Below are positions 39,792 to 48,345 of a stretch of DNA of 64,000 nucleotides, piece after piece. Positions within the stretch are counted from its first letter, which is position 1, and every line of letters starts with the position of its first letter. The DNA lies in the IMG/VR virus record IMGVR_UViG_3300021962_000047, positions 41,972 through 105,971 of that record; one strand, given 5' to 3'. The stretch is from a virus. The translations under genes were made by a program, and so were the position numbers. The notes below the pieces were generated by a model. It saw only the letters and a list, made by a program, of their open reading frames with translations. It was not told where the DNA came from and did not search any database.

Positions 39792-41320
39792 TGAATGATG
39801 TAGTTTCAAAAAGGTTAAGACAGATAATTTTTCCAGGTAAATGTGTGGACAATGATGACCCGCAAATGCTTGGGAGAATTCGTGTTTACCCTGAACAAGA
39901 AAATGTTATAGATAGAAAAGCATCTGTTTATGAATTTAATGAAGAAAGAGATAAGTGGACTGAAAAAGACCCATTTATATTTTTACCATTATTACCTTAT
40001 TTTTTATACCAAGTACCAAAAGTTGATGAATATGTTCAGATTCTTTATGCAAATCCCGGTGATACCTCGGCAAATAATAAATTTTACGTACAAGGTCCAT
40101 TTTCATCACCTACCACAACGCCAGCTGAAAACTTCAACTCAGCCAAAACATATTTAAATGCGGGTTCAAGAAATAAAAGATACAAATCATTAAAGAACAA
40201 CAAGGGTGAGTATTTGAATTTAAATACTACTGGTATATATCCCGAACCTGGTGACAATGCTTTGTTGGGTCGAGGTTCTGCGGACATAATCATCAAAGAA
40301 GATGAGGTATTAATAAGAGCGGGAAAATATAAACCATATAAAAATGGTCAAATACCAAACAAAAATGAAGAAAGAGCATTTATTGATTTGGTAAAATATA
40401 CAACGACGGAACAATACGCACCGACAAAAAAAGAAATTAGATTTATATCTCAAGATAAAGATATTACAAAACTTATTGAGTATACTATTTTTAATCCTGA
40501 AAACACTATGAGTGCATTTACGGGTCAAGTTATTTTATATAACATAACTCCCGATACATCTAATAGTGGTAATACGAAATCAAATAACATATCACCAAAT
40601 TCAGATTTAAACAATTATAAATCGGTCCAATATATTTCACAATTTAGTTCATTAAATTTATTACAAGTTGCCAATTTTATTAACAACTTTATTTTAAGTG
40701 TGATGAAAGGAGTTTTTGAAGATGGAAGACCGGTATTAAATCAATACCCATTATATTACCGTCCTGCAGAAAATCTTTACAATATTGTTAATTCAAACCC
40801 TGATACTGTTGATGAAAATGCTTGGTTCAATGTATTAGCATTATTACCACTAATTAAACCAACAAAATTTAGTCCATCATTTGGTGGTAATGGTTTGGTA
40901 TATGATAAAACAGGAACCCCATACGCACCAAAGATACCTCAGATTGAAAAGTTCCAACCTAAACGAGTTATCCAACAAGAAAATACGGTAGCATATATCG
41001 GAGCGAAACAGGTATATCTATTATCACAAGAATCCACACACCCAATCAAGGGTAAAATAGATTTTACAGATACTTTGTATGGAATTAGTCAGACAAAATT
41101 ATTGGATGAGATTCAACCGAAAACCTCATCACTTGTTAGAGGTGAAGAATTATTAGAACTATTAAATCTAATGGTTAGATATATAACAACTCACGTTCAC
41201 CCCTATCCTGGATTACCACCAGTAGGTGTTACAACAGATGGAACAAACGTACAAGATTTGTTAAAAGAACTTTTAGATGCCAACGAAAAAATATTAAACA
41301 AAAATATTCGACTTAACTAA
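39791..41320 (+). CDS. Baseplate hub/central spike protein (gp5/VgrG/gpV-like)
   Basis: N-terminal OB-fold motif DNDDPQMLGRIRV...P.VDEYV; C-terminal LVRGEEL...THVHP (HxH spike tip). Confidence 0.75.
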   Translation: MNDVVSKRLRQIIFPGKCVDNDDPQMLGRIRVYPEQENVIDRKASVYEFNEERDKWTEKDPFIFLPLLPYFLYQVPKVDEYVQILYANPGDTSANNKFYVQGPFSSPTTTPAENFNSAKTYLNAGSRNKRYKSLKNNKGEYLNLNTTGIYPEPGDNALLGRGSADIIIKEDEVLIRAGKYKPYKNGQIPNKNEERAFIDLVKYTTTEQYAPTKKEIRFISQDKDITKLIEYTIFNPENTMSAFTGQVILYNITPDTSNSGNTKSNNISPNSDLNNYKSVQYISQFSSLNLLQVANFINNFILSVMKGVFEDGRPVLNQYPLYYRPAENLYNIVNSNPDTVDENAWFNVLALLPLIKPTKFSPSFGGNGLVYDKTGTPYAPKIPQIEKFQPKRVIQQENTVAYIGAKQVYLLSQESTHPIKGKIDFTDTLYGISQTKLLDEIQPKTSSLVRGEELLELLNLMVRYITTHVHPYPGLPPVGVTTDGTNVQDLLKELLDANEKILNKNIRLN

Positions 41321-41342
41321 GTATTTATAGTAAAAATAGATA

Positions 41343-42854
41343 ATGTCAGCGTTAAAGTCATATTTCAAAAAAAACGATACGATAATTTATAATTCCTACA
41401 CAAATACAGGTAGAAATCCTGTTGTAGAATTATTTTTTGGTAGAGTAGACAATGTTATTGGACCAATCGGGTTTTCTCGATTTATTTTTGATTTGGATTT
41501 AACCCAACTACAACAAAATTTTAATGACGGTGTTATATCATTAGATTGTTCAGGTAGTACTATGACACATACTTTAAGAATGACAAACACATCGTCATTT
41601 GATGAGGAACTATTAAACACAACTTGGTCAAACGGAAGAAGAAGAGCGACATCATTTGATTTGATTCTTTTTAGAATACCAAAAGTATCGGGAACAACAG
41701 GAGACCCACAAACATGGGATGAAGGTGTTGGTTATGACTATTACTACTCATCAACCCCCCTTAATAGTTCAAGTAGCATGAGTATCTCCAATCAGATATT
41801 AACAGACAAAGCATTTTCAGACCGTCCTGTTAACTGGTTCCAAAGAGAGACAATATCTAATTGGTCTTATCCAGGTATCTACGACAATACAAATTCACAA
41901 ACCGGTGGTATGGCAGGATTAAACTACAATGCATTGACCATTATCGATAGACAACATTTTGAGTTTGGAAATGAGGACATCGAATTTGATATGACAAATG
42001 AAATTAACGACATCTTAACGGGGGCAACAACAGGTTCCACAGGATGGGGGATTGCATTTGTACCACAGGTAGAGAACATTACAGGAATGACCGAGAGTTA
42101 CGCAGTTGGTTTCTTCTCTCGTCACACACAGACATTTTATGAGCCATATCTTGAAACAAATTATGATGATTTGATTCAGGATGATAGAAATACATTCTAC
42201 GAGGGGAAAGAAAACAACTTATATCTATATGCATATACGGCAGGTAACCCAATTAATTTTGACGTTAATCCTACTGTAGATATTTTAGATGAAAGTGATG
42301 GTTCAGTATTTGCCTCGTTACCCACTTGTTTGATAACAAAGGGGGTTTACAAAGTAGAGGTTCCACCAATTACAGCCGACACCGTTCCATGTATGTATTA
42401 TGACGTATGGAAAGGATTATCAATTAATGGTAAATCATTATCTAATGTTGAAAACGATATCGTGTTAAAACCAAGTGATGAATATTATTCAATAGGAACA
42501 ACAACCAAAGACCCTGAAATTTATGGGTTTGATTATTATGGTATTAAACAGAACGAAAAGATATTAAGTTCTGATGTCAGAAAAGTTAGTGTTATCATCA
42601 AAAAGGCATATACGACAAATGTTGTATTAAATCAAGTTGATGTTTCATATAGAGTTTACGTTAGAGAGGGAACAACTGAAGTTATGGTTCAGGATTGGAC
42701 CCAAGTTAACAGAACACCTGACGGGTACTATTTTGTATTCGATACGAGAGATAAAATACCTAATGAATATTTTATAGATATCCAAGTTAATACAGACCAA
42801 AATGTTGATACTTATAAAAGACAGATTCAATTTCAAATAGTAAACAACAAATGA
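41343..42854 (+). CDS. Virion structural protein (beta-rich)
   Basis: SRFIFDL, WDEGVG and FFSRHT..FYEPYLE; late motif at 41322-41328. Confidence 0.6.
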   Translation: MSALKSYFKKNDTIIYNSYTNTGRNPVVELFFGRVDNVIGPIGFSRFIFDLDLTQLQQNFNDGVISLDCSGSTMTHTLRMTNTSSFDEELLNTTWSNGRRRATSFDLILFRIPKVSGTTGDPQTWDEGVGYDYYYSSTPLNSSSSMSISNQILTDKAFSDRPVNWFQRETISNWSYPGIYDNTNSQTGGMAGLNYNALTIIDRQHFEFGNEDIEFDMTNEINDILTGATTGSTGWGIAFVPQVENITGMTESYAVGFFSRHTQTFYEPYLETNYDDLIQDDRNTFYEGKENNLYLYAYTAGNPINFDVNPTVDILDESDGSVFASLPTCLITKGVYKVEVPPITADTVPCMYYDVWKGLSINGKSLSNVENDIVLKPSDEYYSIGTTTKDPEIYGFDYYGIKQNEKILSSDVRKVSVIIKKAYTTNVVLNQVDVSYRVYVREGTTEVMVQDWTQVNRTPDGYYFVFDTRDKIPNEYFIDIQVNTDQNVDTYKRQIQFQIVNNK

Positions 42855-43099
42855 AAACGATAACCATAACTGAAGAAATGATTGAACAAATCATTCGTAG
42901 AGTAATCCACGAAAAGAAAAAGAGTAAGAAGAAGAAAGACACTACTCTTTGTGCTAGAGGTAAGTCGGCGGCTAAAGCTAAATTTGATGTATATCCATCA
43001 GCATATGCTAATGGTTATGCTGTTCAGGTTTGTAAAGGTTCAATGCCGGGTTTGGATGGGAAGAAAAGATGTTCAGGAAAATATTGTTCAGGTAAATAA
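42851..43099 (+). CDS. Small basic Cys-containing protein (YPSAYA motif) with putative propeptide
   Basis: MKTITITEEMIEQIIRRVIHE leader followed by CARG...KFDVYPSAYANG..C. Confidence 0.7.
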   Translation: MKTITITEEMIEQIIRRVIHEKKKSKKKKDTTLCARGKSAAKAKFDVYPSAYANGYAVQVCKGSMPGLDGKKRCSGKYCSGK

Positions 43100-43114
43100 T
43101 TTTTACTATCTTTG
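43084..43114 (+). promoter_or_regulatory. Bacteroidota-type sigma70 promoter (-33 TTG / -7 TATCTTTG)
   Basis: TTG at 43084-43086, 20-nt spacer, TAnnTTTG at 43107-43114, 21 nt before the ATG at 43136. Confidence 0.6.
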
Positions 43115-43135
43115 CCATCTAATACCAAAAATAAA

Positions 43136-43330
43136 ATGAGTCACAAAACATACATCCTTAAAAAGAACGATACGTTAGTTATGGAAACCCAAGCGGTAAC
43201 TGTTGACCGAGCTCTTGATTATTTTATTGAATCTGACCCTGATATTTACAACAACTTTTCTCAGTATTCTATTGGTATTAAACCAACACCAGCACCTAAT
43301 TACGAACTTTTGGTTAAAGGGTTAGAGTAA
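43136..43330 (+). CDS. Small hypothetical protein (likely early/host-RNAP expressed)
   Basis: ORF track 43112-43330; ATG at 43136 after an A-rich leader. Confidence 0.6.
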   Translation: MSHKTYILKKNDTLVMETQAVTVDRALDYFIESDPDIYNNFSQYSIGIKPTPAPNYELLVKGLE

Positions 43331-43879
43331 TCTTCTACACTCTTTAACTACCCACTTATAACCTATTTCACCACCCCTTAATAATGACATTACATAGTCA
43401 TTGTCTTCGTGTGGTCTACCCTTAAACCCTTCTTTTAAAAGAGGGGTATTTTTTTGTGAATCAAAATACTTTTTGATTGTTTGTATATCTTCTACTGTGA
43501 TATTCTTGCCTTCTAATAGTTTTTCCGCAAACATATCTTTTTTACCTTGTTTTCTTAAGTAAAAAATACCTCTTTTTACGTTTTCTTTTACAACCTTAGG
43601 TACACGTACAGTTCTAGTATCTTCTTTTACCTCAATTATAAGGTCACCAGTACCTTTAATTACTCTATGGTAGGTCTCCTTAGGTATAAAGTATTTTTGT
43701 CCTTCTAATAAAGGTTTTGGTAGTTCATTTTCAATCTGTAACATCCATCCATTAGACGATTCAATAAAAACCTCTCGGTCTCGTCTATCACGATGCCAAA
43801 CCAACTCTTCAGAATCTACATTTTCTGAAAATGTTCTTCTGAATTTTCCCGTACTAATATCTTCTTGTTTGTATACCAT
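43322..43879 (-). CDS. Cupin-like domain fused to a helical phage domain
   Basis: ELVWHRD...YFIPKETYHRVIKG cupin-like motifs; C-terminal IKKYFD...LLRGG..GYKW. Confidence 0.65.
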   Translation of the reverse strand: MVYKQEDISTGKFRRTFSENVDSEELVWHRDRRDREVFIESSNGWMLQIENELPKPLLEGQKYFIPKETYHRVIKGTGDLIIEVKEDTRTVRVPKVVKENVKRGIFYLRKQGKKDMFAEKLLEGKNITVEDIQTIKKYFDSQKNTPLLKEGFKGRPHEDNDYVMSLLRGGEIGYKWVVKECRRLL

Positions 43880-46800
43880 TACCAATATCTTCCTGGAACG
43901 TTATTACCAAAATCTTTGTGTGCTCTACAAGCCCAATATCCTGCTTTGGTTCTATCTTTTTTCTTTTCACACTGATGTCTTGCCGCAAACGATGCTCTAG
44001 CCCCTGAGTCATTCCATTTAGCTGTCATAACAGGTGAACCGTAAGAAACTTTAACAATCTTTCCTGTTTTAGGATTTCTAACATATACATACCATTTTTT
44101 AGAACCACCCTTTTTAGGTTTTCCTAATTCTACATTCTTACCTTTATACTCCGCCTCCGATAAACCAAATATTTTTTTAGCCATAGGATTTAAGTCTGAT
44201 GGTTTAATAAGTTTAGCAGGTATGGTTTTTGATTTAGACCTTAATGCTTTTTGAGCTCTGTGGTTACCATCAAGTATCCATTGTATTTTATTTTGCTCAT
44301 CCACCATTACTAAAATGGGGTATTGAGTTGAAATTTCTACTTGAGATATTCGTTCAATTTCTTCAGGATTATCATCCCAATTTAAAACTATTGGAGCTAA
44401 TTTTTCTGTAGGTAAGTTTACAATTTTAATATTTTTAGTTAATTCTAAAATATCTTGTAATGTAATAGTTTCATTATCAGCACCTGTCCAAGATGTATCT
44501 TCCCCTTGCTCATTAACCATTGGGAAATCTAATGGTAACCTTTCACCCTCATAGATAAAGAATTTACCTAAATCTGTATTTAATAAATCTTCATCCTCTT
44601 CATTAATATAAAAACCTTTTTGTTTTAACTCTCGAGCTTCATTAATAATCTCAAAATATTTATCACTACCATGTCTGAATACATTTTCTGAAACGGGTAT
44701 TTTATTATCAATATGATATTGTAACTCTTCAGAAATTTGAGGTTTTGTTTTTATTTTATTTAATTCATTTTGAATCGATTCTTTAATTCCGAATCCTTTT
44801 CCTTTGTGTTGAGATGGATTATCCATATATTCGTAATAGTTGTTAAAAATTTTCATTATTTTATGGTAATCACTATCTATTCTAAATTTTTCAAATTCGT
44901 TAGATAACCATTGTTCACCATTAAGGTGTTCGTTATTTAATTCATCGTAAACCAATAATCTACCAGGACCTTCACCCCACCCACGGTATAATCCGTATTT
45001 TGTATTATTTAGTTTATCGGCAATTTCTTTGTTTTTAATTATCAAATAAATTAATGTACCTCCGATAATATGTTCATCAAACATCTCATCATTATCCTTG
45101 TTAGTTGTACACCACTTTGTATTTGCACCATATTTACAAGAAGCATTATGTGTTAACGGTACTACCAATAGATAATCTTCGGTGTCGTATAATTTTTCAT
45201 ATTCTTTAGGTTCTACCTTAAATTTTTCCGTAACTAAAGTATCCGATTCTTCACCATCAATTTGTGGTTCAATATCTTTTGGTTGTAATGGTGGATTTAA
45301 TAAGAATCTTTGGTTGACCCAATTTCTTAATTCATTTTCTACAAAATATTCTGGTACCACTTCATCATCTGGTTTTGATGATGCAACTTCAGATATATAA
45401 TAAGCAAACTTTAATTTAGCTTCTTCATTCATTAAATTCATCAAACCATCACTAACAAAGAAGATTTTACTAAATGGGTCCGTTGGATTTATATCACCTT
45501 CGGCAACGGTAAACAATCTAAGTATTGTTTTAGCCCACCAAGACTTATAAGATTTTGTTTCTTTCAATGTTGGAGATAATATCTTATTGGCGGCTCTCAT
45601 TGCTGAACCAATAAACCCAGCAACTGCAACTTGAGGTAAGAACCACGGTAATAAACGAATAATTGCCTTTACACCTCCCTCACCAACGTGTAAGGCTAAA
45701 CGTTTACTCATTGCAGCATCTACAATGCTCTTTAATTGACCAAATGTGATTGGTCCTTGAGATGAGCAAAACTTTTGTGAATCACAAATACTTTTAACAA
45801 CTTGTTTAGATGGATTTACAGTTTGAATTTCTTCTTCCTGTTCATTTAAATTTTCACTCTTAAGTGCTGTTGAAGTTTCAATACCAACAATTCCATCAAT
45901 CATATTAAGTTTTCTATCTTTTTGGAATTTTTTAATTTGAGATGCGGTATTAAAATCGTACACACCATTAATATCATCAGCACTTAAGTTATCAAAGTAA
46001 TTCAAATCTTTTAATATTTTTTGAATCATTTCAACACCCTTACCTTCAGACCCAATAGATAATAGTTCAGAATTGTCCCCATTTTCTATAATATCATCTA
46101 TGGTTAAATCATTTTTAACAATTTCACCATCAATTTTATCAACAACATCACTAGGTTCAATAATAGTCATTTCACCATTTAAACTATCTTTTAAATTATC
46201 CCACGGATTTATATTACCATTTGTATAACCTTTATCCGCATAATACATAGAAAAATGCAAGTGAGGGTGTGTATTAGAGGCATTTCCTGTATTACCAACG
46301 GTACCTATAAAATCTCCTTTATAAATTTTATCACCTTTTTTTAATTGGTCTGAAATCTGATTTAAGTGGGCGTAATAATAAACTATACCGTCTTTTAAAA
46401 TACTAACGGTATTACCACCTATTCCTAAATTTCTACCAATTTTATATATAGTACCATCAACACACGCAACTAGTGGTGTTCCTTTTGGTGCAAAAATATC
46501 GATACCGCTATGACCTCCGTGAGCTTGGTGTCGAGCATCACCACCACCATAATCACTATTATGTACTGCCCTATCTTTATCTAATATTTTTTTAGATGAA
46601 CCTAATCCTTCAGTATCATAACCAATATTAAATTGATTGTTACCTATCGGAAATAGAAATGAAGAACTCTCCTTAATTAATAAAGATGATTCATTATTTT
46701 CTTGTTCCGATAATCTTTTTATTACCAAGTTGGTTAATCTTTCCAAAGATTCGTTTTTCTTATCTTTTGGTTTATATGAAGTCATAATTGGCGTTTGTCC

Positions 46801-47073
46801 TTTTCCTGTTTGTGTATCCTTTTTTTCCGCAGAACGTTTTTGTCTGCAAGCCGCCTTTTTTTCCGCATCCGTCATTTTACCCGCAACACCAGCTGCTCTA
46901 CATTTTGGGTACGCACCCTTATCTGCAGTTTTTCTACCACAGGGAGGGTGTTTTCCATCCTTATCTTTACTACATATGTTAACCCACGGCCCTTTAGGTT
47001 GCTTACTACCCTTTGGTTTTTTCTTCTTACCAAACCAAACAGCTAAATCTTCACTTAAAATATATTCAGACAT
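43879..47073 (-). CDS. Multi-domain protein: Cys motif domain, M23 peptidase, peptidoglycan-binding domain, unknown domains, ParB-like domain, basic C-terminal domain
   Basis: HSGIDIFA, YYYAHL and HPHLHF (M23); IQKIL...IKKFQ...DGIVG (PG-binding); PILV...ILDGNHRAQKA (ParB/Srx). Likely ATG at 47073. Confidence 0.8.
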   Translation of the reverse strand: MSEYILSEDLAVWFGKKKKPKGSKQPKGPWVNICSKDKDGKHPPCGRKTADKGAYPKCRAAGVAGKMTDAEKKAACRQKRSAEKKDTQTGKGQTPIMTSYKPKDKKNESLERLTNLVIKRLSEQENNESSLLIKESSSFLFPIGNNQFNIGYDTEGLGSSKKILDKDRAVHNSDYGGGDARHQAHGGHSGIDIFAPKGTPLVACVDGTIYKIGRNLGIGGNTVSILKDGIVYYYAHLNQISDQLKKGDKIYKGDFIGTVGNTGNASNTHPHLHFSMYYADKGYTNGNINPWDNLKDSLNGEMTIIEPSDVVDKIDGEIVKNDLTIDDIIENGDNSELLSIGSEGKGVEMIQKILKDLNYFDNLSADDINGVYDFNTASQIKKFQKDRKLNMIDGIVGIETSTALKSENLNEQEEEIQTVNPSKQVVKSICDSQKFCSSQGPITFGQLKSIVDAAMSKRLALHVGEGGVKAIIRLLPWFLPQVAVAGFIGSAMRAANKILSPTLKETKSYKSWWAKTILRLFTVAEGDINPTDPFSKIFFVSDGLMNLMNEEAKLKFAYYISEVASSKPDDEVVPEYFVENELRNWVNQRFLLNPPLQPKDIEPQIDGEESDTLVTEKFKVEPKEYEKLYDTEDYLLVVPLTHNASCKYGANTKWCTTNKDNDEMFDEHIIGGTLIYLIIKNKEIADKLNNTKYGLYRGWGEGPGRLLVYDELNNEHLNGEQWLSNEFEKFRIDSDYHKIMKIFNNYYEYMDNPSQHKGKGFGIKESIQNELNKIKTKPQISEELQYHIDNKIPVSENVFRHGSDKYFEIINEARELKQKGFYINEEDEDLLNTDLGKFFIYEGERLPLDFPMVNEQGEDTSWTGADNETITLQDILELTKNIKIVNLPTEKLAPIVLNWDDNPEEIERISQVEISTQYPILVMVDEQNKIQWILDGNHRAQKALRSKSKTIPAKLIKPSDLNPMAKKIFGLSEAEYKGKNVELGKPKKGGSKKWYVYVRNPKTGKIVKVSYGSPVMTAKWNDSGARASFAARHQCEKKKDRTKAGYWACRAHKDFGNNVPGRYW

Positions 47074-47122
47074 ACTTGAATTTTTTATATCTTTTCTTAT
47101 ATATATTATAAATATCAAATAA

Positions 47123-47380
47123 ATGAGTAATACAAAGCCATTCGGAACCTTATTTGACCAAATTAATTACAACAGTAGTGAAGATTTGGACCGATTCCTC
47201 GAAAAGATGACCCCCGACCAAGCACTTTATTGTATCCTACAAGCTGTTCGTTCAGCTCATTACAGAAATGCTTTTAGTATGGAAGAATCTGAAGTGGTGT
47301 CAAAATCAGTTAGGTTAATAACAAAAGATAATCCGACAGCCAATGGGAGTCCCAATCCCGAGGTCTATAAATCAGAGTAA
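47123..47380 (+). CDS. Hypothetical protein
   Basis: ORF followed by a terminator. Confidence 0.65.
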   Translation: MSNTKPFGTLFDQINYNSSEDLDRFLEKMTPDQALYCILQAVRSAHYRNAFSMEESEVVSKSVRLITKDNPTANGSPNPEVYKSE

Positions 47381-47387
47381 TTTTATT

Positions 47388-47414
47388 AAAGAGGACTATT
47401 AGTCCTCTTTTTTT
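47388..47414 (+). terminator. Rho-independent terminator
   Basis: AAAGAGGACT-ATT-AGTCCTCTTT followed by a T run. Confidence 0.75.
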
Positions 47415-47462
47415 TGCCCTATAAAAACTAAATAAACCAAATAAAAACAAAAAACAAACAAA

Positions 47463-48293
47463 ATGAAAAACACAAAAACCTACAATGAATTAGTTCAAAA
47501 AATGAGACACTTCTTTTTAAATAAAGGATTTAAAGAAGTACCTACACAAAGTCGATTATCAATCTTAGCTGCATGTGAAAACCCACATTCAATTACAACA
47601 TTTACCTATAACGGTGAAATTTGGCCTCTACCACAAACAGGTCAAATGTGGTTGGAATATGAATTACTTAAAAACCCTGAGTGGGAAGGAGTATTCTGTA
47701 TCTCCACATCGTACCGTCAAGAAAAAAGTCCAATTCCAGGTAGACACGAACTTATCTTCCCTATGTTCGAATTTGAATCAAAAGGTGAAATGAAAGATAT
47801 GTTAAAACTAGAATCTGAATTATTAGAATGGTTAGGTTTTGATTCTCCAGTAGAAGTTAATTACAACGATGTATGTGAAGAATACGGCGGAGTTGAAATC
47901 TTAGAAGATGAACACGAAACAAGAATGTGGAAAGAAAAAGGTTCGGTAGTATCTCTTCAGAATTTTCCATTAAGGACTAACCCATTTTGGAACATGAGAC
48001 ATAAAGAGAATAATATCTTTAACAAAGTTGATGTTATCCTTTATGGTCAAGAAACAATCGGAAGTGCTGAAAGAAGTTGTAATGTTGAAGAAATGAAACA
48101 TAATTTCTACACTATCGAAAATGGTGGTTATTCCGCCAAGTTGTTCGAATTGTTCGGTAAAGAACGTGTAGAAAAAGAATTAGAAGAATTTTTATCTTTT
48201 GATTTCTTCCCTCGATTTGGTGGAGGTATAGGTATGACTCGATTAGCTAGAGCATACGAACTAATGTTAGAAGAAGAATTAGCAGTAGTATAA
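47463..48293 (+). CDS. Class II aaRS catalytic-domain paralog (AsnRS/AspRS-like, no anticodon domain)
   Basis: Motif 1 RHFFLNKGFKEVPT, motif 2 YRQE...RHELIFPMFEFE, motif 3 GGGIGMTRL; only 276 aa. Confidence 0.85.
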   Translation: MKNTKTYNELVQKMRHFFLNKGFKEVPTQSRLSILAACENPHSITTFTYNGEIWPLPQTGQMWLEYELLKNPEWEGVFCISTSYRQEKSPIPGRHELIFPMFEFESKGEMKDMLKLESELLEWLGFDSPVEVNYNDVCEEYGGVEILEDEHETRMWKEKGSVVSLQNFPLRTNPFWNMRHKENNIFNKVDVILYGQETIGSAERSCNVEEMKHNFYTIENGGYSAKLFELFGKERVEKELEEFLSFDFFPRFGGGIGMTRLARAYELMLEEELAVV

Positions 48294-48294
48294 A

Positions 48295-48324
48295 ATAAAA
48301 AAAGGGGACCCATTGGGTCCCCTT
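48295..48324 (-). terminator. Rho-independent terminator of the capsid operon
   Basis: AAGGGGACCCA-T-TGGGTCCCCTT with an A run on + (U tract on -). Confidence 0.8.
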
Positions 48325-48345
48325 CCTATTTAGTGTTTAAGATGA

